Below, piece after piece: positions 5,832 to 15,730 of a DNA stretch of 25,672 nucleotides (position 1 is the first letter of the stretch; each line of letters starts with the position of its first letter). This stretch comes from a virus (lineage: Duplodnaviria; Caudoviricetes): positions 1 through 25,672 of the IMG/VR virus record IMGVR_UViG_3300020042_002158, one strand, 5' to 3'. Both the position numbers and the translations under genes were made by a program. The notes beneath the pieces were generated by a model. That model did no database searches. It worked only from the letters and a program-made list of their open reading frames with translations, and was not told the DNA's origin.

Positions 5832-7688
5832 TTAGTCCTTTTTGCTTAAAGCGTTTTCAATTCGTGCTTTGAGTTTTCTATCTTTCACATACTGATTAGC
5901 GACCCTAATTCCAGAAATAACAGGCACTGGTAAGCCGGTTAAATATCCTGTAAGACCAGCTTCAGTAATTGCAGCCATAAGCATTCCAGCCGTACCAGAT
6001 GAATTTATTAGAGTGCCTGGTGGAACTGTCTGTATATACTGGAGAACTTCATTCAGGTCGCGTACTGTTTGCGCTTTTTGCTTACCCAAGACAATATCAA
6101 GTCTGCCATTTTTATCTAAGCCTTGAATTGCACTATTAAGTTTTGCAGGAGAAACGATTCTGTTTCCCATAGAGTCAGTTGCAATCCCACCTGTTGCTTC
6201 ATCAACAATGTGTTTCATGGTTGAACCTTGCACTTCATTCCATGCAGTCTGACCATCCTTACCGCTAGTAAACAAAACACGCTTCAAGAAAGTTATTTCT
6301 TCTGGACTACCGTTAAGAATAGACTTTTGGAAAACTTGACTTGCTTCAACTTTAGGGTCATCTTTACCTTTTACTTTTGTCAGCAAATTAGCAACAATGG
6401 CACGGCCTTCAAACTTTCTGGCTTGTTGATTACGCAATGCCCTTGCATCTTTGTAAAGATCGCCGCCAAGTCCCTCTGTTGAAATATCAATTACTTCCTT
6501 CAATTTCCCGCCAAATAATTGATTGGTAGGATCAGTGCCTATTGTTTTTCCAATTGCTCGGCGTAGTAATTCTGTTGTCTTTAGATCAGCAGGCAATGCT
6601 CTAACACTACCATCCTCAAGTTGCTCCAAAACACCTAACTGAATTCCTTTGTTCTTTGCAAGATTCAAAACTGGCGCTAATGATGCCTCTGGCATATTTT
6701 GGTTAATGTAATCTGCCAAGGAATCTAAAGCTACTGGCGCTTGCAATTCACCAGCATTTTCTGCTTTAGTGTAAGCAGCCCTAGTCTTAGCTTTAGCACC
6801 ATTCCATCCTTGAGATAAAGCATCAATCACTTTGTTACCAGTAGCAGCAGGGCCAGCTTGTGCTACTTGAGCACCAGTTTCTTCAATTAACGTATCAAAG
6901 TTTTTCAGAATTTCAAGGTTATTTTGTTCTGATCTCTCACGCAAAGGCGCTCCAAGTGGGCCTTTCATTTGCTCTTTTTCAAATGCCAACTGTGCTGCAT
7001 CACGGGTTCTTGCACCCCTTGTTAGTGTTACTGGAACAGGCAATGCCGTAGCGGTAGTTTCACGCACCAAAGGCATTGAGGCAGCCGCCGCGCCTGCACT
7101 TGCACCCATAGTAGGCTCTACCCTAGATAGCATTGGGGCTTCTTCAAAAGCATTGCGAACAATATTAGCGCCTTGTCTAAGCGTTGGCCTTTGTGCAGAG
7201 AACATACCAGGCGCTATGCCTGGTTGTGGTGGAACCATCTGCAAAAGACTTCCAATAGATTGCAGTTGCTCTTGTGATGCCTGAGTTCTAGGCTCGTAAG
7301 TAAAGCGTTGAGCACCAAGTGCTGCTCGTTGCTCAATCCTTTTTGCTGCTTCTGGTGTACCAAAACGGCCTGCTTGTGCTTCTTCATAAGCACCAGTTAA
7401 GCCGCCTCCAACAGTACCAAAAAGACCACCAGTAGCACCAGTTAAAAGTGTTAGTGCTGTTTCTCCAGCGCCTACCAATTTATCCCCCATGCTTGGAGAT
7501 TTATAACGCATCGGTTGAGCAACTTGTTGCTGCTGACCTAGGCTGAAATCCTCAACAAGTGCACTGCCCATTTGGAAATCTTCAGCAGTAGCTAGGCCAC
7601 TTTTAATAGCCTTTTGGATTATTTGCTCTTTGGATGTTCCCTCTGGAACATCCTTTATCACTACACCATTTGGAAGTTCAATATCCAT
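5832..7688 (-). CDS. Probable internal virion / DNA ejection protein (618 aa)
   Basis: Large Ala/Gly-rich helical protein, third of three large genes after the tail genes (P22 gp7/20/16 or T7 gp14-16 position). Confidence 0.6.
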   Translation of the reverse strand: MDIELPNGVVIKDVPEGTSKEQIIQKAIKSGLATAEDFQMGSALVEDFSLGQQQQVAQPMRYKSPSMGDKLVGAGETALTLLTGATGGLFGTVGGGLTGAYEEAQAGRFGTPEAAKRIEQRAALGAQRFTYEPRTQASQEQLQSIGSLLQMVPPQPGIAPGMFSAQRPTLRQGANIVRNAFEEAPMLSRVEPTMGASAGAAAASMPLVRETTATALPVPVTLTRGARTRDAAQLAFEKEQMKGPLGAPLRERSEQNNLEILKNFDTLIEETGAQVAQAGPAATGNKVIDALSQGWNGAKAKTRAAYTKAENAGELQAPVALDSLADYINQNMPEASLAPVLNLAKNKGIQLGVLEQLEDGSVRALPADLKTTELLRRAIGKTIGTDPTNQLFGGKLKEVIDISTEGLGGDLYKDARALRNQQARKFEGRAIVANLLTKVKGKDDPKVEASQVFQKSILNGSPEEITFLKRVLFTSGKDGQTAWNEVQGSTMKHIVDEATGGIATDSMGNRIVSPAKLNSAIQGLDKNGRLDIVLGKQKAQTVRDLNEVLQYIQTVPPGTLINSSGTAGMLMAAITEAGLTGYLTGLPVPVISGIRVANQYVKDRKLKARIENALSKKD

Positions 7689-7702
7689 GATAAACCCTTA
7701 CT

Positions 7703-9136
7703 TTATAGGTCTTTCCAACTTACAGCACCAGGTGTACCGCTTGGTTTTTTAACTTGTTTAGCTGGAGGCATTGGAGCAGCAGGAATTGCTGGGCCTACGT
7801 TTGACTTAGTACCTGTAGCATCAGAAGGTATCAAACTAGCGCCGCTAGGAATTTCCTGTATCACCACTCCTTCATACGGATTGAAAATATCTTCTTCAGC
7901 ACCACCGAGTGCCGTATTCTTTTTAACGTACTGTTTTTGGTATCTTTTTAATTGGGTTTCTTTGTTTTTAACAAGTTCATTTCCAATTTTAAGTAAGTCA
8001 GAACGCTGATCTGGTGTAAGGCTGCCACCTTTAAATACAGTTTGTGCTAGTAATTGGATTCTTTGCGGTATAGAGGGATTGCCAAGAATTGTGTTTTTAT
8101 CACCTTCTTGAACTGCTCCAGATGGATCATAAATTTTTCCAATGTTAAAGATGGTTGCACCATCAGCAGATGGATTTCCAGCTTGCGCTAATGCTACAGA
8201 GGATGTCAAGGCTCTAAATCTTGCCGCAACTTCAACATCTGGTTTTATTACCTGTTCCCACTTATTCATTACATCAAGACTTGCTTTTGCAGTAGCAGTA
8301 GGGTCTGATAAATTAACTTGCATTTTTGGTGCTTTTGCTGCCGCTTCAGCATCTACACGCTTGTTAACTATTTCTGCTTCAGAGTCCGATAATTCGTCAT
8401 ATGTTTTACCCTTAAACATGGATTTTGCATACCGTTCAGCCGCATCACCAAAGCGAGGGGCTTTAGCCTCTTTCGGCGCGGTTAGTCGGCTGTACTCTGC
8501 CATAAACGCTTTGTCGTACTCAGGCGACCCCAATGGGCCAGCTTTCAAAGCAATATTTTCAGCATTTGTTAATTCGTTGGTAGTTGGCTTTTTCGACTCA
8601 GGTTTAGCAATTTGTTCTTGCAAAGAAGTAGCATACGCAGTGTTATATTCGATTGATCCTTCAGGGCCGGACAACAACGCAACTTCACGCGCCAATTGCA
8701 CTTCTTTTGGAGATGCTTGCACTTTTTCGCGGCTAGCTTGAGCCAACGATGCTTTACTAGCCGCCTCACGCTGTTGCGTTAACGCTGCTTCACTTTGCGC
8801 CTTGCGATAGATTTCAGCCAACTGCATAGCGCCAACTGTATCGCCAGCGTCACCTAACATTTTTATGCCCTGCCCTATGGAATTAAGATCGGAAAAATCA
8901 ATCTGTTGGGCTATGGAGTTTCGTGCGCTAATCTTCTGCAACTCAGGGTCTTGGCCTCCAAGCGCACCACCTATCGCCCCAGCCAAGCCATAAGCACCGC
9001 GACCAATAGCGTAGTTAGCTTGCTGGAACGGGTCTAGCTTGGCGTACTGTAATGCTCGCTGGTCAGCTAAAGCAGACTGCTGCTGCTGATAGGACTCAGG
9101 GCTAACACCAAAGAGGGTTTGTACTATTTCTGCCAT
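7703..9136 (-). CDS. Probable internal virion / ejection protein (477 aa)
   Basis: Position; Gln/Ala-rich helical N-terminus with GLAGAIGGALGG. Confidence 0.6.
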   Translation of the reverse strand: MAEIVQTLFGVSPESYQQQQSALADQRALQYAKLDPFQQANYAIGRGAYGLAGAIGGALGGQDPELQKISARNSIAQQIDFSDLNSIGQGIKMLGDAGDTVGAMQLAEIYRKAQSEAALTQQREAASKASLAQASREKVQASPKEVQLAREVALLSGPEGSIEYNTAYATSLQEQIAKPESKKPTTNELTNAENIALKAGPLGSPEYDKAFMAEYSRLTAPKEAKAPRFGDAAERYAKSMFKGKTYDELSDSEAEIVNKRVDAEAAAKAPKMQVNLSDPTATAKASLDVMNKWEQVIKPDVEVAARFRALTSSVALAQAGNPSADGATIFNIGKIYDPSGAVQEGDKNTILGNPSIPQRIQLLAQTVFKGGSLTPDQRSDLLKIGNELVKNKETQLKRYQKQYVKKNTALGGAEEDIFNPYEGVVIQEIPSGASLIPSDATGTKSNVGPAIPAAPMPPAKQVKKPSGTPGAVSWKDL

Positions 9137-9144
9137 GATTACTC

Positions 9145-11010
9145 CTATGTTCCAAAAGAACTGCTCAAACGGTTTTGATAGTACGGTGAAAGATTCGAGG
9201 CATTACCAGTGTTAATGTAATCAGTAAAACCAGCACTTCTGCCACCACCAAATAGATTTTGTATGCTATTTACTAATTGAGGATTCTGACTTCCCTGCGC
9301 CAAAGCAGTGGCAAACGGGTTGTAAGCGTTAGCAGCATAATTGCTTGCAGCAGCATTAGTGCCTCCTGCATACATCGCATTAGCCGCGCTAGGACTCATC
9401 CCTTTAGCGCCGATATTGATGCCTTGCTCTAACGTTTGCGCTCCCAATGACTCCAAGCCTGTAGCGCCCTGTAGATACGCTTGATAAGGTGACAAAGCAC
9501 CTACCTGGCCTTGATAGCCTTGACTAATCAAGTTGCCACCAGTACCAAACAAACCAGCGCCAAAACTAGCACGACCTTGCTCCATCGCTTGCTGACGGGC
9601 AAGAAGGTCTGCACCAAAGCCATAACGCCCTTGTTCCAGTTGCTGTTGCTGCGCGGTGAACGCTGAGCCAAGGCCAAGGCGCTGCGCCTCTTGTGCTTGC
9701 TGTTGGTTTAACAGTCCCGCACCAAAACCAATCTGCCCTTGTCCCAATGCCTGCTGTTGCGCGGTAAGCCCTGCGCCCAATCCCACACGCGCCGCTTCTG
9801 CTGCTTGTTGCTGATTCAATATTCCAGCGCCAAATCCTATCTGGCTTTGACCTAACGCCTGTTGCTGTGCGGTAAGACCAGCGCCAAGGCTTGCACGAGC
9901 AGCTTCTGCCGCTTGTTGTTGGTTTAACAGACCAGCACCAAATCCGACTTGGCTTTGGCCTAGCTGCTGTCCTTGACCCAGCAAGCCAGCGCCAAAAGAG
10001 GCTTGCTGTTGCCCAGCTTGTTGCGCTTGCGCTGCCAAGCCTGCATCTTGCTGAGCTTGTGCGTTGTAGTACGCTTCCAGTTCTGGAGTGGTAGCACCAA
10101 GGCCAGCCGCGCCACTAGGACGCGCACCAGTTGCGCCAACACTCAACCCGCCACGACCTTGTTGGAACAAAGTGTTCTGCAACTGCGCCATTGAACGCTC
10201 GCGGCTCGGAGCAAGCAATTCTTGCTGTGAGGCCATGTACTTTTGTGCGGCCTCTTGTGGTGATTGCGCCAAGTACTGCTGACCAAGTGAGGTAAGCGCC
10301 TGCGCTCCCTGAGAAGGGGCAAACTGCTGACGAGCAATATCAACTAATTGCTGATCTTGACCTTGACGCAAAAACTCAGAGCCTCTAGTACCTATATCGC
10401 TAGGAACCCCGCCAAACTGTTGTCGAGCAATATTAACCAACTGCTGATCTTGGCCTTGGCGCAAAAACTCAGAGCCTCTTGCGCCTATCTCGGTAGGAAC
10501 GCCGCCAAACTGCTGACGCGCTATGTCGGTTATCTGTTGATCTTGGCCTTGGCCTAACAGTCGCTGACCAATCTGTCCCACGCCGAAATTTGGTTGCTGC
10601 CCAAGGTATTGGTTTGCAATTCCACCCAAGCGTTGATCCGCAGGCTGGCTAAGGTACTGCTGACCCAACCCAAATAGAGTTTGACCCGCTTGCTGTATCG
10701 GTGCAAACTGCTGCTGCGCTTGCTCGGCTTGCGTTAGTCCTTGACCCGCTAATCCTAGAAAGCGATTTTGGTAGGCTCTCATCTCTGGCGATAAATTGTA
10801 ACCAGCGCCGGTAACGCGCCCATCTGGGCCTGTTTGGAAGTTTGACGATCCAAACCTAGTAGTTACACCAACAGGGCGAAAACGGGCTTCTTCAGCGGCT
10901 AATCGGGCGGCTTCTCGCTGTGCATCAGCTTGTGTATTAGCAGCACTCTTTGCTGATTGACCTTGCAGATACCCGCCAAGTAAACCAGCCCCAGCAATAA
11001 TGAAAGGCAT
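9145..11010 (-). CDS. Probable ejection/pilot protein with Gln/Gly-rich internal repeats (621 aa)
   Basis: MPFIIAGAGLLGGYLQGQSAKSAA N-terminus typical of P22 gp7-like/pilot proteins; 31-aa and 36-aa repeats. Confidence 0.65.
   Translation of the reverse strand: MPFIIAGAGLLGGYLQGQSAKSAANTQADAQREAARLAAEEARFRPVGVTTRFGSSNFQTGPDGRVTGAGYNLSPEMRAYQNRFLGLAGQGLTQAEQAQQQFAPIQQAGQTLFGLGQQYLSQPADQRLGGIANQYLGQQPNFGVGQIGQRLLGQGQDQQITDIARQQFGGVPTEIGARGSEFLRQGQDQQLVNIARQQFGGVPSDIGTRGSEFLRQGQDQQLVDIARQQFAPSQGAQALTSLGQQYLAQSPQEAAQKYMASQQELLAPSRERSMAQLQNTLFQQGRGGLSVGATGARPSGAAGLGATTPELEAYYNAQAQQDAGLAAQAQQAGQQQASFGAGLLGQGQQLGQSQVGFGAGLLNQQQAAEAARASLGAGLTAQQQALGQSQIGFGAGILNQQQAAEAARVGLGAGLTAQQQALGQGQIGFGAGLLNQQQAQEAQRLGLGSAFTAQQQQLEQGRYGFGADLLARQQAMEQGRASFGAGLFGTGGNLISQGYQGQVGALSPYQAYLQGATGLESLGAQTLEQGINIGAKGMSPSAANAMYAGGTNAAASNYAANAYNPFATALAQGSQNPQLVNSIQNLFGGGRSAGFTDYINTGNASNLSPYYQNRLSSSFGT
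9560..9990 (-). repeat. About 3.5-4 x 108-bp (36-aa, 2x18) coding repeats
   Basis: LGQSQ(V/I)GFGAGLLNQQQAAEAARxxLGAGLTAQQQA recurring; boundaries approximate. Confidence 0.8.
10320..10640 (-). repeat. About 3 x 93-bp (31-aa) coding repeats
   Basis: GQDQQxxxIARQQFGGVPxxIGxRGSEFLRQ; gatcttggccttggc at 10446 and 10539 (93 bp apart). Confidence 0.85.
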
Positions 11011-11011
11011 A

Positions 11012-11332
11012 TTATTCCCCTTTAATCAAAATTTCATCCACTTTTGACGGGTCTTTCTCGTCAGTGGCGTGAATACAAAACCAAACGCAATCGGTGATAG
11101 CCTTAACGCCGTGCGTTACCCCAGCCTTAATTTCTATGCAAGCTGGCGCAGAAACAATGTCAATCTCAGTTCCACGCAACACAGCAACCTTACCTTCAGC
11201 CAAAATAGATAAATGACTAAACTCGTGCGTATGCTTTAGGATAGCCATGCCAGCAGCAAAGAATGACTCTTTGGCATACAACCCATCACTGAAATGATGA
11301 GTAATGCGATATTTAGGGTCTTGCATCATCAT
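11012..11332 (-). CDS. Cupin-fold protein with predicted His metal site
   Basis: GMAILKHTHEFSHLSILAEG (motif 1) and IEIKAGVTHGVKA (motif 2); ATG overlaps the tail-fibre TGA. Confidence 0.75.
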   Translation of the reverse strand: MMMQDPKYRITHHFSDGLYAKESFFAAGMAILKHTHEFSHLSILAEGKVAVLRGTEIDIVSAPACIEIKAGVTHGVKAITDCVWFCIHATDEKDPSKVDEILIKGE

Positions 11333-12591
11333 GCCGTGCGTTGCCACATATATACAGCAATATAGGGTGAAATGGTAGTTGCTGCTGTACCAGAACCTAC
11401 AGAAGCATTGGTTATTGTTACTCCCGTTAATTCTGATGACGTAGTAAGACCAGCAAAATTATTTCCAGAACCATTCAATGCACCAGAACCGCCACCACTG
11501 TTAAATATTGGTACTGTATGGTTATGAGTTGGGTCTGAAAGCGTATTTGCGTGGGTATGTGCTGGAAGATTAGCGGTGATTAACGTTGTTGTCGCAGAAC
11601 CGCCCGTAGACCCAGCCGTATATGTTGCATCTTGGCTAATTAACATTCGTCCAGAACCAAACGTTGCCCAAGTACCAAACCCAAGCAAAGTGCCAGGGTT
11701 AGTGGCTACAGTAGCTGTATAAATTGAACCAACTGGATGCAATGCCGCAAGCGCCGCCTGCACGAACGCTGTCGTAGCAATCGTGGTGTTACTTGTGCCG
11801 AAAGATTGTGTAGTGCCAACAACACCAGAATTGACTGTCGTGGTTAAGGTTGCCGCACTTCCAGTGGTGTTTTGGTTTAAAGTTGGAAATGTGCAGTTTG
11901 TCAGTGTTCCCGATGAAGGTGTACCCAAAGCAGGCGTAACCAGCGTGGGGCTTGTAGACAAAACATTGTCTCCAGAACCCGTGGAAGTAGTAACTCCAGT
12001 GCCGCCATTAGCTACTGGTAGCGTACCTGTAACTCCAGTGGTAAGTGGCAAGCCTGTTAGATTGGTAGCTGTGCCAGAAACAGGCGTTCCTAAAACAGGA
12101 GTTACCAAAGTCGGGCTTGTAGACAAAACATTGTTTCCAGAACCAGTAGAACTTGTTACCCCTGTGCCTCCATTGGCAACAGGGAGTGTGCCGGTTACGC
12201 CAGTAGTTAAGGGTAAACCCGTAGTGTTGGTAAGTACACCTGATGTAGGTGTACCTAGTATTGGTGTTACTAGCGTAGGACTAGTAGATAAAACATTGTT
12301 TCCAGAGCCTGTAGAAGTTGTTACTCCAGTTCCACCGTTGGCAACAGGTAAAGTACCCGTTACTCCAGTAGTCATAGGCAAGCCCGTGCAATTTGTCAGG
12401 ACACCACTCGTTGGCGTTCCTAGCGCGGGAGTTATTAACGTAGGACTAACTAGGTCTGCCTTGGTTGCTACTGCGATAGCAATATTGGCAAACTCGGTGT
12501 TGATCTCCGTTCCTTTGACAATCTTTAGAGGATTGCCAGACGTAAGCGCGTCTTTAGTCGCAAAATTTGTGGACTGTGTGTAATTTGTCAT
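11329..12591 (-). CDS. Tail fibre with tandem repeats and C-terminal collar/Gp10-C-like tip
   Basis: Thr/Gly-rich; LPVANGGTG repeats; HPVGSIY...NPGTLLGFGTW...NLPAHTH...HNH...PYIAVYMWQRTA C-terminus. Confidence 0.85.
   Translation of the reverse strand: MTNYTQSTNFATKDALTSGNPLKIVKGTEINTEFANIAIAVATKADLVSPTLITPALGTPTSGVLTNCTGLPMTTGVTGTLPVANGGTGVTTSTGSGNNVLSTSPTLVTPILGTPTSGVLTNTTGLPLTTGVTGTLPVANGGTGVTSSTGSGNNVLSTSPTLVTPVLGTPVSGTATNLTGLPLTTGVTGTLPVANGGTGVTTSTGSGDNVLSTSPTLVTPALGTPSSGTLTNCTFPTLNQNTTGSAATLTTTVNSGVVGTTQSFGTSNTTIATTAFVQAALAALHPVGSIYTATVATNPGTLLGFGTWATFGSGRMLISQDATYTAGSTGGSATTTLITANLPAHTHANTLSDPTHNHTVPIFNSGGGSGALNGSGNNFAGLTTSSELTGVTITNASVGSGTAATTISPYIAVYMWQRTA
11895..12450 (-). repeat. 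About 3.4 x 165-bp (55-aa) tandem coding repeats
   Basis: aga(c/t)aaaacattgt recurs at 11956, 12121 and 12286; unit SPTLVTPxLGTPxSGxLTNxTGLPLTTGVTGTLPVANGGTGVTxSTGSGNNVLST. Confidence 0.9.
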
Positions 12592-14147
12592 GTCTGCTTC
12601 CCATCCTTAAATTGGATTTCTATCTTCTGAATCGAAAGTCCAAAACCATTGATCGTTGATTCGTAACCAGTTTGGACAATTTTACCCGCGCCACTTGCTT
12701 GCGTGACTAGAGTTTGTAAAGCAACACCATCAGAATATTGAGCGACAACAGTGGCATTTGCTCCGTATTCAGCAATCCCGTACTCGCTTACGCCTTGCGT
12801 TGGAATTGAAACATTATTGGATAGATAGTTTGTCGTGAAATCAAAGGCCCACTTCATGGTGACAAACTGGTTCGACCCGCCAATAACAACAGCCTTTAAC
12901 TTCTTCAATACTGAAGTGGCATTTGCCATACCTATATCAGATTGATTGGTGTAATACTGCAAACGGTACGTTGAGGTGTCATCCTGAAAGTTCTCGTACT
13001 TACCCAAGTAACCGTTCTTACCTATAACCAGATCGCCATTGCGCCGATAGAGCAAAGCAGTAGGTTCGATGGAGTCCCAGACAGTTACCCTAAACGATCC
13101 ATCCTGCAACTGCGTTCGCGTATCAAAGCAGTAGACTTGCTTTGTTGTTGGCAAGGTAAGTAAGTAAAACGCTTCCTTCTCAGAGTAGACTGATTTCACG
13201 TTAGCCAAAGTTTCGCTGGCAAGTGATGCTATCAAGTCATTGCGAACATTCTTTGATAGATCGCCTAGTGGCGCCGACTTCTCAATGATTGTCCTGGCAA
13301 ACGATCTAACGCCAGAGTTAGACAGGAAAAGGATGTCTTTGCCTGTGCTTTGTATAGTATCCCTACCAGTGCAGCCAATACCGCCCACAGCGTCACTGAG
13401 TGACATTGTGGCTGGTGTTGTTGCATTTGCGTACACCAAGATTTGACGCTTGCCAAAGATGATTAACGACCCGTTATGAGTTGCTAGGCCGGTGATCTCA
13501 TCTGCTCCATTAGTCCAAACCCTGTCAACATTCAAAGAACCAGATGTTCCCGTTGACCATACATGACCAGAGAGTAAGTCTGAAAAAAAGACTGTGTTCT
13601 TTACGCCCGCAGTATTAGCAACCCACAAACGTCCAAATGCAGAAATAACAATATCTCCGCTTGGAACAGTACCAACATAGCCAGTTTTCTCACTCACGCG
13701 CCTGAATGTCGTTGTGCTTACCGTTGGGTCATAGATCAATGGATCGTAGCCCGTCTGAAAGAAGTAAGTGATGCCGTTGAGCGAGGCGCAAGACCAGTTG
13801 TTAGCGGTAATCGTAGGCGCAGTGCCGCCGCCACCATACGTCAACTCAGTAACTGTATTGGTGGTGCTTAACTTAAAAAGTTTGTTGTTACCAGAGAATA
13901 GAACAGTAATAGTTCCATCAGATTGCACTAACTCATGGACAACGCCAACATCATTAGCACCAAGGTTTCCTGATGCTGCATTGATCCTAGACCATCCATT
14001 CCTAGCGCCAATACGTCCGTATTGGTCAATGATGCAGTTAGTGGCAACTAAAGCAAACCCAGCCGCCAAGTCCAAAGGCGAGTCTTGCGTGTTCAGCCCA
14101 AAGAAGCCTGGTGCTTGAACGCTGGCAGTTTGCAGTGCTTGGCTCAT
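12588..14147 (-). CDS. Tail nozzle / stabilisation protein (P22 gp10 / T7 tail tubular B-like beta-propeller)
   Basis: 519 aa, beta-rich; GLNTQDSP N-terminal motif; position after the adaptor. Confidence 0.7.
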   Translation of the reverse strand: MSQALQTASVQAPGFFGLNTQDSPLDLAAGFALVATNCIIDQYGRIGARNGWSRINAASGNLGANDVGVVHELVQSDGTITVLFSGNNKLFKLSTTNTVTELTYGGGGTAPTITANNWSCASLNGITYFFQTGYDPLIYDPTVSTTTFRRVSEKTGYVGTVPSGDIVISAFGRLWVANTAGVKNTVFFSDLLSGHVWSTGTSGSLNVDRVWTNGADEITGLATHNGSLIIFGKRQILVYANATTPATMSLSDAVGGIGCTGRDTIQSTGKDILFLSNSGVRSFARTIIEKSAPLGDLSKNVRNDLIASLASETLANVKSVYSEKEAFYLLTLPTTKQVYCFDTRTQLQDGSFRVTVWDSIEPTALLYRRNGDLVIGKNGYLGKYENFQDDTSTYRLQYYTNQSDIGMANATSVLKKLKAVVIGGSNQFVTMKWAFDFTTNYLSNNVSIPTQGVSEYGIAEYGANATVVAQYSDGVALQTLVTQASGAGKIVQTGYESTINGFGLSIQKIEIQFKDGKQT

Positions 14148-14791
14148 ATCGCAAAAAACTCCTGATTTTCGGGGTATCGAGTACCCTCCAATGCAATCTG
14201 GTCAGCAAGCATACCTTTATATAGTTGATACGCCTCTGAACTATTCAATCCACCATCTTCACCACGTTCTACCAAAGCACGGGCATAAGCGTTCTGCACC
14301 ACTAAGAAATCAGGGACAAGCACGGATGTGCTGTCTGAAGACAATTCTGCTTGCGGTACTGTTACTGAAAATGGAATGTTGTAAACCCCATCAGGACGGG
14401 GGTAGAGCGTTACCTTAGTGTCTCCACTAGCGTCTATTCCATCAAATGCGTAATACTGCGGAATACCGTTTGTGGTGGGTACAAGATTCTGGTATCGGTT
14501 CATTTCCACAAAACTGATGTTTTCCAGACCAATGTTAGATGTAGTGTTGATTGCGTCTTTTACTTGAAACTTTTGTCCAGCACCAGTCATTGAATATTGA
14601 TAGGTTGCTGATACCGTGGTGATAGTTACAGTTTGGCCTAAGACGTTCCAGCTAAAAGTGTCCTCAATCTGGCGTTTAGCATCATTGACAAATAGGCCAA
14701 TCAAAGAAGAATAGGTAGTCTCATTGTTGGTCGATACTTGCGTTTCACGCAAACGAATCAGCACGTTGTTGATAAGCTGTAGGTAGGTCAT
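14144..14791 (-). CDS. Head-tail adaptor (tail tubular A-like)
   Basis: MTYLQLINNVLIRLRE...VNDAKRQIE...W; GIPQYY; LYPRPDGVY. Confidence 0.75.
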   Translation of the reverse strand: MTYLQLINNVLIRLRETQVSTNNETTYSSLIGLFVNDAKRQIEDTFSWNVLGQTVTITTVSATYQYSMTGAGQKFQVKDAINTTSNIGLENISFVEMNRYQNLVPTTNGIPQYYAFDGIDASGDTKVTLYPRPDGVYNIPFSVTVPQAELSSDSTSVLVPDFLVVQNAYARALVERGEDGGLNSSEAYQLYKGMLADQIALEGTRYPENQEFFAI

Positions 14792-15123
14792 GATCGTGTC
14801 AATCCTTCTTCTTCAATAGTGACTGCAACAGCAAAGGTTGATGCTGATTCTGATGTTGCTTTAAGTATGTCGCCTTCTTCCATTACAAAATAAGATACAC
14901 CACCCCAATCTTGAGTTGTTTTGGAAGTAACTGCCGTTTGATAAACCAGTGAATAGGTCGCAGATGCTGATGTATCTACCCAATCAAAAGTAATGTGTTT
15001 GTTTGAACTAGTTGCATTAGCGGCACGAAGCAATACTACCCTTGCATAGTAACCCGTAGGTACGGTATAGAGGGTAGTGTTTGTTGCTGCTGTTAGATTT
15101 GCACCAACCGATAATGCTCTCAT
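14788..15123 (-). CDS. Small beta-rich virion protein
   Basis: TTLYTVP...LEEGD-like (MEEGDIL) pattern; in the structural operon. Confidence 0.6.
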   Translation of the reverse strand: MRALSVGANLTAATNTTLYTVPTGYYARVVLLRAANATSSNKHITFDWVDTSASATYSLVYQTAVTSKTTQDWGGVSYFVMEEGDILKATSESASTFAVAVTIEEEGLTRS

Positions 15124-15425
15124 TTTGCCTTCGCCTTATTTCGTTCTGAAATAGACTTGGCTTTTACCTTTGCGTCAGCTTTTGAGGATGCACCCCAGGC
15201 TTTTAGCGAAAGAAGCAGTCTTGTCGGTTCGCCTTTCTTGTCGTACTCAGGGCCATCATTGCCAGCCATACGCGCCAAGAAACTTGCTCTGCGAGGGTTA
15301 TCCCCCGACTTAACTGGCGCCTTTAAATCACCACCAGTTGAAGCATTATAGGATGCTCTCCCCTTGGCATTCAACCCGCCTTTCGGGTTTTTACCCTCGG
15401 ATCGTTGCCAAGCAGGAGTTTTCAT
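15120..15425 (-). CDS. Basic phage protein (DUF6321-like)
   Basis: AWQRSEGKNPKGGLNAKGRASYN...LKAPVKSGDNPRRASFLARM; family name recalled from memory. Confidence 0.65.
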   Translation of the reverse strand: MKTPAWQRSEGKNPKGGLNAKGRASYNASTGGDLKAPVKSGDNPRRASFLARMAGNDGPEYDKKGEPTRLLLSLKAWGASSKADAKVKAKSISERNKAKAK

Positions 15426-15584
15426 CTACTTTGCCTTTTTGGGTTTCTTTGCAGTCTTTGCCGCTTGTTTGAAGTCAGCAGCACTAGGTGCGGCCTTGGA
15501 GCCTACTTTGTTCATCTTCTCACCAGAGCCAGCCGCGATACGCTTTTGCTTGGCATTGATATTGGCATAAAGTCCAGATTTCAT
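15426..15584 (-). CDS. 52-aa Lys/Ala-rich protein
   Basis: Manual: MKSGLYANINAKQKRIAAGSGEKMNKVGSKAAPSAADFKQAAKTAKKPKKAK; abuts both neighbours. Confidence 0.75.
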   Translation of the reverse strand: MKSGLYANINAKQKRIAAGSGEKMNKVGSKAAPSAADFKQAAKTAKKPKKAK

Positions 15585-15730
15585 TTTTTCTTTACCTTCT
15601 TGGTAGGTGTATGCGTCAAAACTTTACTGCTTGCACTGTGCTTTGCACCAGACATTAAGGTTGATCCAGATTTATGTGTTTCACCTTTGTACGGTTTCCC
15701 ATCAGGCAAATAGTGCGGCTTGTTTTTCAT
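15581..15730 (-). CDS. 49-aa Lys/His-rich protein
   Basis: Manual: MKNKPHYLPDGKPYKGETHKSGSTLMSGAKHSASSKVLTHTPTKKVKKK; TAATG and ATGA overlaps. Confidence 0.7.
   Translation of the reverse strand: MKNKPHYLPDGKPYKGETHKSGSTLMSGAKHSASSKVLTHTPTKKVKKK

Noticed and set aside
11895-12450. Tandem repeats as a possible CRISPR array or DGR template/variable repeat
   Set aside because: In-frame coding repeats with synonymous divergence, no unique spacers, no adenine-specific mismatch pattern noticed and no reverse transcriptase in the window
11783-12583. 266-aa plus-strand Val/Pro-rich ORF (similarly 21333..22088 and 8142..8741)
   Set aside because: Antisense shadows caused by biased codon content of the real genes
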